From a virus: a DNA stretch of 64,000 bases. Shown here piece after piece: positions 8,804 to 19,300 of this stretch. The notes beneath the pieces are model-generated. The model did no database searches and was not told the origin of the DNA. It worked only from the letters and a program-made list of their open reading frames with translations. The position numbers and the translations under genes were made by a program. The first letter of the stretch is position 1, and each line of letters begins with the position of its first letter. Location of the stretch: IMG/VR virus record IMGVR_UViG_3300042923_000307, positions 5,663 through 69,662 of that record; one strand, given 5' to 3'.

Positions 8804-10717
8804 TTAAGCATATACAGAATGACTTATCGTAGAGTCATCCGTATACAGTGTTCCTTCACCGTGCTCGAATTTTAGTTTAGTCCATGTAGCTCTAGTACTA
8901 TTAAAACCACCTTCTATATACATGTATGCAATAGCAGTAGTTGCTCCTGCAGGCGGTTGTGTTACTATTTCATAGTATGAGCTTGTGTATCCTTGTGTAG
9001 CCTTCTCTATAACAGTGCTACCTACTTGAGTACTACCTGAATTAAAGAATTTTACAGCTATACCGAAGTTACCAGTAGTACTCGGTATAGCTTCCATAAT
9101 TGCTCTATACGTATATGTCTCCGTATCCACTACAGTTATAGCTTCTGAGCCTATAAACGTATCAGCAGGGCACACCCCACCAAACCATAGAAAACCAGAA
9201 CCGATTGTAGCGTCCTTAGTTACATTTATAAATTTGCTACTAGGTATAGGACCCCAATGGTTTAGACCTAACTTACCGCATGGGTTAACAATAAGGTTTA
9301 CCCCAGTACTATCTAAGTAGTTACGCAGTGCTTCTAAGTCTATACCATTATAAGCACCTAATGTAAAAGGTTTTTTAGACAAAGCTATGACTATAAGTTC
9401 TAGGTCATTTAACCATTCTTCGTCGCATCTTACCTCAGTAATGTAAGAGTTGAGAGGCTCCATCCAACTTTCAGAACCGAATATAACGTTAAACATATGT
9501 GGTAACTCAAAAGGGTTAACATCTATTTCCGATTTAAGAACAGAAAGGCTATCGTCAACTGTAGCAAAAGCTATACGTACTTTATCAACGTGCTCTACAT
9601 AAGCTATACGAAGTACACAAGGTACATACGTAGACAAGCTAGACTGTGGTAGGGTAATAGATGGGCCATATGTTGTTACACCATTATTTTTTAGCATAAC
9701 TTTAAAAATAGGGTTAGCAGTATCTTCTGAGCTATGCAATACGCCTAAGCTAACAGTAGAATCCTCTGACGTAATAAATAGAGGTCCTGAGTTCCCTACG
9801 TGTGATGCTAGGCCATTAGCGCTAACTTTCATCCAGAATATAGCAGATATTTCCTTGTTACGTGAAGTCACTACTCTGGAGTATCTAGCTACGTTAGCCT
9901 CACGGGATGTATTAACCCATGAGTGCGCTATTTTACCTTTCTCTAACATAAGGTTCTTAAAAGTAACAGATACTTTAGAGTAGGTAAGACTATAATTTAT
10001 GTAGATAGTTAGGTAAGCTGTGGTAGCACCCGTTGGCGGTACTACGCCCTCAAGATAGAGTCTACCAGAGTAACCATTAGAATTAGTACTAATAGTCTTA
10101 GTATCAAGAACTACGTTTGATGCGTTCTTAAACGTTATAGAACAACCTATAGTTACTCCTAGTCTCTCCAAGTTATCATCTGTAAGACACTGTACACTAA
10201 ACGATAAAGGTGCCCCATCTTGTAGTGTAACAGATGGTGTAACGGCGTGTACTATACCCGAAACTATATCACCTTTAATGTCTTTGTTTGTTATAGTCAT
10301 ACCCTTACGGTTAAATACCGTAGTATGTTGCGTACCATTGTCCTTTGCTAAGGTTGATGGCATCGTAAGCTCTGAGTTAAAAGTTGGAATAGACGCGAAT
10401 AGGTTAGCAGACGCACTCTGTACGAAAGCAGAACCTAGCATAAAATTATCCTTTATAAACACTGACGATAGTTCAGAGTTCAGTATCGGCTCTGCACCAC
10501 CTACTACATCTTCTCCATCATCACAGTGTACAAGGAATGTAGTTGACTCTAGTATTGTAGGTGATATAATACGAGCAGCGTACTGTAGCGCATAATCCGT
10601 TCGCGCATCTGCGTCCATACACGCTAGAAGTGGCCTATTAAGAACACTAGGCGTAGGTATCTCACCATGGTTTATTTTACTATTTACAAAGTCTATCTGG
10701 CTAAATGCCTGAGTCAC
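8804..10717 (-). CDS. tail/virion structural protein with carbohydrate-binding-like beta domains
   Basis: Two repeated PPxGATTA-containing beta-rich modules; in tail cluster. Confidence 0.6.
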   Translation of the reverse strand: MTQAFSQIDFVNSKINHGEIPTPSVLNRPLLACMDADARTDYALQYAARIISPTILESTTFLVHCDDGEDVVGGAEPILNSELSSVFIKDNFMLGSAFVQSASANLFASIPTFNSELTMPSTLAKDNGTQHTTVFNRKGMTITNKDIKGDIVSGIVHAVTPSVTLQDGAPLSFSVQCLTDDNLERLGVTIGCSITFKNASNVVLDTKTISTNSNGYSGRLYLEGVVPPTGATTAYLTIYINYSLTYSKVSVTFKNLMLEKGKIAHSWVNTSREANVARYSRVVTSRNKEISAIFWMKVSANGLASHVGNSGPLFITSEDSTVSLGVLHSSEDTANPIFKVMLKNNGVTTYGPSITLPQSSLSTYVPCVLRIAYVEHVDKVRIAFATVDDSLSVLKSEIDVNPFELPHMFNVIFGSESWMEPLNSYITEVRCDEEWLNDLELIVIALSKKPFTLGAYNGIDLEALRNYLDSTGVNLIVNPCGKLGLNHWGPIPSSKFINVTKDATIGSGFLWFGGVCPADTFIGSEAITVVDTETYTYRAIMEAIPSTTGNFGIAVKFFNSGSTQVGSTVIEKATQGYTSSYYEIVTQPPAGATTAIAYMYIEGGFNSTRATWTKLKFEHGEGTLYTDDSTISHSVYA

Positions 10718-10777
10718 ATCTTTTGCACCTCACAATAATAAAGAGTAGTTATTCTACTCCCTATTATACCTAATTTA

Positions 10778-12934
10778 TTATACTATTTCATTATAATGCG
10801 CCGTTAGTCTAATAGTCGAAGAAGCAGCTGATGTATTTGACGCGCTTATAACTCTTGTGGATTCGTTTATAGTAATACCAATGCTATCTGAGATATGTGT
10901 ACCGTTTACCCACATAGCTGAAGCAACTATGGTGTTTAAGTCCGCGTTAGATGGAAGAGTTAAACTTAGCGTACTTCCAGTATCTACAGTGCCAGAGTTA
11001 GTTATTGTCTTAATAGACCCTGCTGTAATTGTACTTACGGAACCTTCTAGGGCTGTTAAACGTGTTCCGTGACCAGTAATAGAACCTTCTGCTGTTGTTA
11101 AACGTGTTCCGTGACCAGTAATAGAACCTTCTGCTGTTGTTAGGCGAGTACCCAAATTATTAATTTGAGGTTGAGTAACAGCTTCAGAGGCAACTACAGC
11201 TTTATCGGTGTACTCTGTAGTAGCTATATTAGTTGAGTTATCTTTAGGAGTGGCTGTATTTGTTTTTGTTGGGAGCATAGTCCTCACAGTGTTTCTCATA
11301 TCTACGACAGATACTATCCCTGTGCTGTCCGTCACAACTTTGTGCAGACGTATACAATCTTCACTTACGGCAGGAGCAGCGGCCCCATTAGGAACACTTC
11401 TAAGTACAATTTCCCCGTCAACAGTAACGTCCTCATATAAATCAGCAGATGTAAGTGGGGTACATGTCCATGAGTCACTCGCACTGTACGCCATAGTCTC
11501 AGAACTTATAAAGTAAACTGTAAGACCATCAATAACAGGGTGCTCTGACGAGAATACTCCGTCTTCTTGAACAACTCCATTCTTACTTAACGTGTACGTA
11601 AAATCTGATGCTCCAGGTTCTGAGTCAGGAGAATTTACTACAATGGTATAAACATCAGAAGGCAATCCCGTAAACTCACCTAGGAAGTAAGGGTATCGTG
11701 CAGCGGGTGTTGCGCCTATACCTGTAACATTTAGGCTCTTATACGTAAGCAGCATATTATCAGATGTTTGGTCAAGACTGATAGTTTTTTCACCAAAGTA
11801 TATAACACCCTCTTCCTTCTCAGCTTCAAATGACTTAGGTGAGGGGACAGCTAGAGTTAGGCCGCTTCCAACAAAACTTTCATAGAAATGTCGGTACATC
11901 ATAGCACCTTCACTGGCGTTAGCATTAATACCTTGAGGGCCTTGCGCGCCTTTTACACCCTGGATACCTTGTATACCCTGAATACCCTGAGGTCCTTGTG
12001 GTCCTATAGCACCCTGTGGTCCTACTGGTCCTCTCTCTCCTACTGGTCCTATGGGTCCAATTGGCCCCTGCATAAGAGATAGCCCGTCTATATCACCAGT
12101 TACGTGTCTGTGCCCTGTGTTAGACTTGTCATTTAATGCTGTGCCTAAACCATTAATTTCAGGTACATCGTGTCCATGAGGTTTAGGTGTTCTAGAGTCT
12201 GATAGCCTAGCGTCGCTATTAGTTACGAACTTATTTGTAGCACCAGGATTGCCGTTAGTTCCTGCTAAAGCTGCAGCCATACTCTCAGACAGAGACGAAC
12301 CAGACGCAATATTAAGCTCTATTTTACCATTAACAATAGTTGGGTAAACATTACCAGAAGATAATATCTCAATAACGCCACCCCATGTTGAGGGGCTCAC
12401 AGAGTTAGCTCCAACCTTAATACTGCCTATTGGCTTAATTGTGTCACTCATAAAGTCTAGCTTTTTTTTATCGTTAGAGTCGAATAACCCTGACTTTATT
12501 GCTGTGGCTAAACCTGGCTTACCATCTATGTTGTTCCAATTAACCTGGGAACCACCTGCTGTCTTAAGTTCGTCTTTAGTATAAACATTTCCATCCAATG
12601 TATTAGCTAGCTGAATAAGTTTATTAATTACCTCAGCATCAACCCTAGACGCTATTGGTACGTACGTAATTGATACCACAGCGTTGGACTTTGATACATT
12701 GAATGTTACCAGACCTTTAGCATTTACGTAATCGTATTGGTCTCTCCATTCTATTAGTACCTCGTTTACTCCTGGAGAACCAGATGTTATAACGTTATAA
12801 CCGCCAGCTACTACAAGGGTATCCTTTTTAGGTATGTAAGTTAAGTACTGACTACCAGTAGAGTCCAACGTTAAAGACTCTGTAAGGGTCGCAGTCCTAG
12901 TTGGGTCTATATTATAAAGCATTGGTAGATTCAC
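10778..12934 (-). CDS. tail fibre protein with collagen-like GXY repeat
   Basis: [19 protein letters not shown]... collagen tract, HxH fibre motifs, tandem [14 protein letters not shown] repeats. Confidence 0.8.
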   Translation of the reverse strand: MNLPMLYNIDPTRTATLTESLTLDSTGSQYLTYIPKKDTLVVAGGYNVITSGSPGVNEVLIEWRDQYDYVNAKGLVTFNVSKSNAVVSITYVPIASRVDAEVINKLIQLANTLDGNVYTKDELKTAGGSQVNWNNIDGKPGLATAIKSGLFDSNDKKKLDFMSDTIKPIGSIKVGANSVSPSTWGGVIEILSSGNVYPTIVNGKIELNIASGSSLSESMAAALAGTNGNPGATNKFVTNSDARLSDSRTPKPHGHDVPEINGLGTALNDKSNTGHRHVTGDIDGLSLMQGPIGPIGPVGERGPVGPQGAIGPQGPQGIQGIQGIQGVKGAQGPQGINANASEGAMMYRHFYESFVGSGLTLAVPSPKSFEAEKEEGVIYFGEKTISLDQTSDNMLLTYKSLNVTGIGATPAARYPYFLGEFTGLPSDVYTIVVNSPDSEPGASDFTYTLSKNGVVQEDGVFSSEHPVIDGLTVYFISSETMAYSASDSWTCTPLTSADLYEDVTVDGEIVLRSVPNGAAAPAVSEDCIRLHKVVTDSTGIVSVVDMRNTVRTMLPTKTNTATPKDNSTNIATTEYTDKAVVASEAVTQPQINNLGTRLTTAEGSITGHGTRLTTAEGSITGHGTRLTALEGSVSTITAGSIKTITNSGTVDTGSTLSLTLPSNADLNTIVASAMWVNGTHISDSIGITINESTRVISASNTSAASSTIRLTAHYNEIV
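11054..11142. repeat. exact 42-bp tandem duplication inside tail-fibre gene
   Basis: tgttaaacgtgttccgtgaccagtaatagaaccttctgctgt twice plus a partial third copy; 14-aa repeat. Confidence 0.9.
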
Positions 12935-12969
12935 ATTATCCCCACCTTTAATTCTTTTAACTATTTTAT

Positions 12970-13006
12970 ATTATACCTAGACGTTTACCGTTTATATAGG
13001 TATAAT
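12970..13006. promoter_or_regulatory. back-to-back AGGTATAAT promoters (putative late class) for the divergent tail and head operons
   Basis: ATTATACCT at 12970-12978 (minus) and AGGTATAAT at 12998-13006 (plus). Confidence 0.65.
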
Positions 13007-13042
13007 AGTAAGTAGATAATTCTTTTGGAGGTTGAGATACAT

Positions 13043-13834
13043 ATGAACAACAAACTTATAGACATCACTAATGACGCAGGTTTTGAATTGCTTGTTAATA
13101 TGGTTAAAGAAGGTAGTTTAGACCGAATCAGCGATAAAACAGATATCGATATGTTAATTCAGAAACAGGCTTATGCTGAGGACGGAACTTTCGCAGATAT
13201 TAAAGGAAGAATGTTTTCTATTGCTAGTCCTGTAGAGACATATCTATCCGCTAGGTACGCTGAGAAGTGTGCTAGTGATATGTCAGAGGATGTTATAGAA
13301 CGTATTAATGAGGCTTGCGATATATTCAGTATCGATATTAAAGTTGAGAAGGTAGCCAAAGTGTTGGTACCACAAGAACAATTCGCTGTAGACACAGAAG
13401 ATGTTTATAGTGAGAAGTACGCTGGTTGCTCTGACTATGGTACTGAGTTTGAGAACTCTTTAGCGGCTCGTATTATGAACATACCTGAGCACCAAGAAGA
13501 TTACGAGCAACTAGCTAAAATAGCAGGTGAAGTACCCGCTGACGTAATGGTCAATATACTAAGAGAAGTTGATTCTTTCACAGGTGCAGACCTTCCTTGG
13601 GTTGCTAGTCGTGTAGGAACACCTGAGTATGCTGTGTATGAAAAGAAAGCATCAGCTATTACAGTTGACCTTGGTAAAAAGACAGTAGCTTTCGAAAAAG
13701 TAGCTGAGTTGGAAGAAACACTTAACGATATGGGAATAGACATTGATTTTGATGCTAACGACGCATACACTACTAAGTTAGCACTAGAACGACTACCTAT
13801 TCAAATACGAAGAGCTATAGCCGATTTAATTTAA
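13043..13834 (+). CDS. hypothetical acidic virion/head-associated protein
   Basis: GGAGG RBS; upstream of portal; recurring K-x-A motifs. Confidence 0.6.
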   Translation: MNNKLIDITNDAGFELLVNMVKEGSLDRISDKTDIDMLIQKQAYAEDGTFADIKGRMFSIASPVETYLSARYAEKCASDMSEDVIERINEACDIFSIDIKVEKVAKVLVPQEQFAVDTEDVYSEKYAGCSDYGTEFENSLAARIMNIPEHQEDYEQLAKIAGEVPADVMVNILREVDSFTGADLPWVASRVGTPEYAVYEKKASAITVDLGKKTVAFEKVAELEETLNDMGIDIDFDANDAYTTKLALERLPIQIRRAIADLI

Positions 13835-13837
13835 GGA

Positions 13838-14338
13838 GTGACTAATATGCGCGGTATGAAGGTTATTGAATTTTACCTGTCAGCAAAAGCAAAGCATCCC
13901 GACATAGATGATTGGTTGGCTGAAAGCGTAGTAGCAGAGTATGGCTACGATAGCCTAGATGCTATACAAGCTATTAGAGCATGCTTTGTTACAGACTTAC
14001 CCTGGGAAGAGTTTAGGGTATTTGAAAAGGTAGTTCTAGTACTTAACGATAGACTTGTATTCGGCGAAATAGTACAAGACTTAGATATAAAAGAAATAGC
14101 ATATGCGGTTAGCATTCTAAAAGGAATGTTCCCTGAGAATATGTTTAACGACGAGATATCTAAGTATATAGCCATAGAGGCAACACAGGAAGGTTTTATA
14201 GTACTCCCTGAGGAGCTAGAGTTCGCACAGAGGTTCATACCAGTTAGTTACCTAACTAGAGAGCAGGAACAGGTTCAAATGGCATACCTACAAGAGGTTG
14301 CGGACTACAAGAAAATGGCAGATGGGAGTGACTTTTAA
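13838..14338 (+). CDS. hypothetical protein (head module)
   Basis: ORF coupled to the portal gene. Confidence 0.65.
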   Translation: MTNMRGMKVIEFYLSAKAKHPDIDDWLAESVVAEYGYDSLDAIQAIRACFVTDLPWEEFRVFEKVVLVLNDRLVFGEIVQDLDIKEIAYAVSILKGMFPENMFNDEISKYIAIEATQEGFIVLPEELEFAQRFIPVSYLTREQEQVQMAYLQEVADYKKMADGSDF

Positions 14339-16044
14339 TGAGTCTTTACATGGATAGCTCTGGGTACGTAGATGGAGGCACTATACTTAACGATAGGCAG
14401 TTTTCCAATCTTATGGACGGTAGGTGGAGGTCAATATACCCTGCTCCGTTCTTCGACCCTATAGCAATGCAAACAATAGCTGACCCTAAGGTTCTTATTC
14501 AGTGGAGTAGATTCTTCTACGACTGGCACCCAATAGTGCACGCAGCTATAAATAAAATGGTATCCTACCCTATTACGGACTTCGTATTTGACACTAAGGA
14601 CGATAAAATACGTAAGAACTATGAGATGGTGTTCCAAACACTAAACGTAAGAAGTCTTATGATAAAGGCGGGCTTAGACTACTTCATATGCGGTAATGCT
14701 TATATATCATTTATAATGCCTTTTAAGCGTATGTTTAAATGCCCATCCTGCGGTTACACATCATCAGCGGAGACATCAACTATAAAAGCTAGCATGTCTA
14801 AGCTTACGATGGTTTGTAACAAATGCAATGAGTCTGTAGAACCTCAAGTAGAGGACGCAAACACTCAAGATGTACGCGACATGAAGGCTGTTCTTTGGAA
14901 TCCTATGAACATGCAGATAGACTACGATGAGGTTCTGGATAACTACGATTACTTCTATAGTCTACCTAACTATGTTAAGAGTGGTATACTAAAAGGTGAG
15001 AAAAAGTATATAGCAAAGTATCCAATGTACTTTATTAAAGCAGCACATGAGAAGAAACTTATACGTTTTTATTCTGACAAGTTGTTACACATTAGACGGG
15101 AAACACACTCTGCTACGTACCATAAAGGTCTAGGTCAACCATTAACAACGGCTGTACTCAAACCGCTTTTCCATTTACTAGTACTTATGAGAGCTCAGGA
15201 CGCCTTGGCTATAGACCAAATATTGCCATGGACTATTATGTCGCCTGCACCTAATGCTGGCACAGACCCTGCTGGAGACATGGACTTAGGTGGTTGGAAA
15301 GACCAGGTTAAGAAGGAGTACGAGGAGTGGAAAAAGAATCCTCTTCGTAAAAGCTTCATGCCCGTACCTATCAATGCCCAAATGATTGGTGCCCAAGGTA
15401 AAGCGCTTATGCTTACACCAGAAATTGATGCCATTACAAACCAGATACTAGCAGGTATGGGTGTACCTAATGAGTTCGTATATGGTGGTTTACAATGGAG
15501 TGGCGCTAGTGTATCATTAAGAATGCTTGAGAACCAATTCATAAACTACCGTACAATGATGCAGCGCATGCTTGACTGGATAGTAGAACAGATAGCGACA
15601 TACTTCGGTTACCCGCCTATAACAGTGAAAATGCAGAACTTCAAAATGGCTGATGATATCGCTCAGAAACAGCTTATCATAGGTCTAGCTCAGACCCAAG
15701 ATATATCTAAACAGTCTATGCTTCTTGAAGTTATGCCTGACTTAGATTACTCACTAGAGCGTGACAAAATTAAGGAAGAGCAAATAGAAGCACTTAAAAT
15801 GCAAGCTGATATACAGCGCGCTCAGATGGCAGGAGGCTTATCTCCTAATCCTATGACTGCTATCGGTGGAATGCAACCACAAATGGGTGGTATGCAGCAG
15901 ATGGGCGGTCAACCAGGACAACAGCCAGGCCAACAAATAGGTGGACCACAGGAAGCTGCACCACCTACAGGAGGGCCAGCAGTAGCCCCAGCGTTGCCCG
16001 AGCAGAAACCTCCGAGAGCACAAGGCGCTAATCAGCAAATCTAG
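14338..16044 (+). CDS. portal protein
   Basis: PIVHAAINKMVSYP, DYFICGNAY, WNPMNM, ILAGMGVPNEF and Q/P/G-rich C-tail typical of large-phage portals; CxxC-CxxC insertion. Confidence 0.75.
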   Translation: MSLYMDSSGYVDGGTILNDRQFSNLMDGRWRSIYPAPFFDPIAMQTIADPKVLIQWSRFFYDWHPIVHAAINKMVSYPITDFVFDTKDDKIRKNYEMVFQTLNVRSLMIKAGLDYFICGNAYISFIMPFKRMFKCPSCGYTSSAETSTIKASMSKLTMVCNKCNESVEPQVEDANTQDVRDMKAVLWNPMNMQIDYDEVLDNYDYFYSLPNYVKSGILKGEKKYIAKYPMYFIKAAHEKKLIRFYSDKLLHIRRETHSATYHKGLGQPLTTAVLKPLFHLLVLMRAQDALAIDQILPWTIMSPAPNAGTDPAGDMDLGGWKDQVKKEYEEWKKNPLRKSFMPVPINAQMIGAQGKALMLTPEIDAITNQILAGMGVPNEFVYGGLQWSGASVSLRMLENQFINYRTMMQRMLDWIVEQIATYFGYPPITVKMQNFKMADDIAQKQLIIGLAQTQDISKQSMLLEVMPDLDYSLERDKIKEEQIEALKMQADIQRAQMAGGLSPNPMTAIGGMQPQMGGMQQMGGQPGQQPGQQIGGPQEAAPPTGGPAVAPALPEQKPPRAQGANQQI

Positions 16045-16055
16045 GAGGACACAAC

Positions 16056-16349
16056 ATGAATACAGAAATAAGGGATACACTAGATAAATTAGCTTGGTTA
16101 GAACTTTATACACCTCTCGATGGTACAACTAAGCGTCTAGCCGAGAAATTGATAAGACGTACTGTGCGTCATCAGGTTGCACCAAAGGATAATGCCAAGT
16201 CTAATCCACTAATTAATACACCGCGTACCACTCCTCCTATTAAAATGCCTGAGTTTAGTCAACATAAACCCCATGAGGCTGGAGTACCTGCGGCACAAAG
16301 TTTTGAACATAAGGTAGCATCGTATAAAGCTACATACGAAAGGAGCTAA
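16056..16349 (+). CDS. hypothetical protein
   Basis: AGGAGG RBS, between portal and RNAP. Confidence 0.65.
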   Translation: MNTEIRDTLDKLAWLELYTPLDGTTKRLAEKLIRRTVRHQVAPKDNAKSNPLINTPRTTPPIKMPEFSQHKPHEAGVPAAQSFEHKVASYKATYERS

Positions 16350-16353
16350 CACC

Positions 16354-19300
16354 ATGTATCTTGATATGCACGAGAAGTGGGACGTTATCAAAAGACACGT
16401 AACAGATGGTATACGGTCACTATTCCCTATAGAAGTTCCAAAAGGTAGAGTAGAGCTTATAAGCGTTGAAATGAAAGAGCCTGAAAACCTCGTATCAAGT
16501 CAGCGTGAAGCTTTGATAAAGGGCGGTAGTTTAACCGCCTCTGTTTATGGTACGTTCAGGTTAACTGACGGTCACGGAGGTACAGTTGATACTGCTAAGA
16601 TAAAAATACTTGATTTACCTCTGATAACACACCGAGGAACATTCGTAGTTCAGGGTAAGGACTATAGTGTATTCAATCAGATGCGTTTGCGCCCAGGAGT
16701 TTACACTACGAAGTCAGAGGAATCTGGTGACGTAACATCACGTTTCAACTTAGGTAAAGGTCTAGGTTTCAAAATAGAACTTAGCCCTAATGAGGGTATA
16801 TTTTACGTACGTTTTGATAAGTCTAAAGCTAGTACAAGTAGCCCTAAGATTCCGTTGTATTCACTAGTTCGCGTATTAGGAGCCGCTGACTCAGACATTA
16901 AAGCTAGATGGGGAGAACGAATCTATAATGCTAACCACGATAAGTCTCACATAATAGAAGACGCACGTAAAATAGTTGACTTAACAGTATACGGGGCTAA
17001 GCGTACAGGTAATGATGTTGAGGACATACGTAACTATTTCAATGATACACAGCTTAACGGCGATACAACTAAAGTAACGCTAGGTAGCTCTTACGACAGG
17101 GTACAGGCTGGCGCATTACTTGATGCTACGGCTAAGATGGTACATGTTTATAGTGGCGCTGAACATGAAGACGATATGGATAGCTTGCTGTTCAAGGAAA
17201 TCTTATCTGTTGAAGACCACCTTATGCTACGTATACAGAAAGGTATTAAAGACACAGGTGTACTTACTAAGATTAAACGTAAGATAGGTGAGGAAAAAGA
17301 GCTTCGTAAGATTATCCCTACGAATATGCTTACCAAACTGATTGAAACGTTCTATACTACGTCGTCTCTTGCGTCACCACAAACAGAGATTAACCCTATC
17401 GAGATTCTGGAAACAAACCATAAGATTACCGCTATGGGTGAAGGTGGTATTAAGAGTGAGCACGGTATACCTATGTCTGCCCGTAACTTACATCCATCGC
17501 ACTTTGGATTCTTAGACCCTGTTCGTACAACAGAGTCAACTCGAGTTGGTGTCGACTTACGTACGACACATAACTCAGAGGTAAAAAACCGAAACATATA
17601 CACCACTTTCATAGACCGTAAAGGTGCCAAAGTATCACTAAGACCTATTGACTTGAGTGGCAAAACGATAGGGTTCCCTGGTCAAGAAGGTCATAAGATA
17701 GTAAGAGTCTTGCTTAACGGTGAAATGAAAGAGGTTCCAGCAGCGTCGGTAGACTATTGGATGGAGAAGTCCAAGGATATGTTTACGTACACCTCTAACC
17801 TAGTTCCATTTCTACACAACGACCAAGGTAACCGTGTAACTATGGCTTCACGTATGGTTACGCAAGCAGTTCCTCTGGTACATAGAGAGGCCCCACTGGT
17901 TCAGGTTGAAGACGAGAGTGAGCACGGAACATTCCAGAAAAGATTAGGTACAGAGTTCTTCTCACCTAAAGCACCAGAAGATGGTACGGTTAACGAGATA
18001 GGTGAAGGCTTCATTCGTATAAATAATAGAAAAGTAGACCTTTATCATAACTTCCCACTTAACGAAAAGACATACATTCACATGACACCTTTGTTTAAAG
18101 TAGGAGACAAAGTAAAGAAAGGACAAATAGTAGCTGAATCCAACTTCACTAAAGACGGAACACTAGCTATTGGTACTAACCTCCGTACAGCTTACATAGG
18201 GTATAAAGGTTGGAATCATGAGGATGGTATGGTAATTAGTCAACACGCAGCTACTAAGTTAACATCTCAGCATATGTACGTTAAGGAAGTTGAGAAGAGT
18301 GACGACGTAACTGTAGACAAAAACCGTCTAATCAAGTTCTTCCCATCCAAGATAACAGCAGAACAAATGCGTAAACTGGATGATGAAGGTGTAGCTCAGA
18401 AGGGTCAGACAATACACAAGGGTGACTATGTAATCGCAGCTTTAGCTAAGCGTGACCTTACAAACTCTGACATGATGTTATCCAAACTACGCGGAGCATT
18501 AGCTAACCCCTATAAAGACGTATCGGAAGTTTGGGACCATGATAGACCAGGGACTGTAACAGACGTTATACGTAATGGTAACTTAGTCAGAGTAATACTT
18601 ACCACAGAAGATGAAACTCGTGTAGGTGATAAACTTACAGGTGTTCACGGTAATAAAGGTACAGTAACACTTATACTACCTAACCACGAAATGCCTAAGG
18701 ATAAAGACGGAAAACATATTGACATGCTATGGAATACAGCTGGGGTTATATCCCGTGTTAATCCTGGTCAGCTTTATGAAGCTATGGCAGGTAAGATTGC
18801 TGCTAAGACAGGTTCTCCTTATATTGTTAAAAATTTCTCCCCTGAGGATAGTAGTCGTAAAGTTATTAATGAGCTTAAAGCCCACGGTTTAAAACCAGAA
18901 GAGGACCTATACGACGCTAAAACAGGACGCCATTTAGGTGAGGTATTCGTCGGAAATCCACACGTTCTTAAGTTACATAAGCAAACAGAGGGTAACTTCG
19001 CTGCTCGTTTCACTAAGAACTACGACGTTAACTTGCAGCCTGCTAAAGGCGGTGAGGAAGGTTCTAAAGCTATAGGTCTACAAGATGTGTATGCTTTACT
19101 AGGACACAACGCTAGAGCAAACCTACACGAAATGGGAGCATACAAGTCTCAACGTAATGAGGAGTTCTGGGATTCGGTACGTATAGGGTTACCAATACCA
19201 CCAGCAAAAGAACCGTTTGCGTTTGAGAAGTTTAAATCGTTAATTGGTGCTGCTGGTATCCACGTTAACAAAGGTAAAGACGCGTATACTATAGCTCCTA

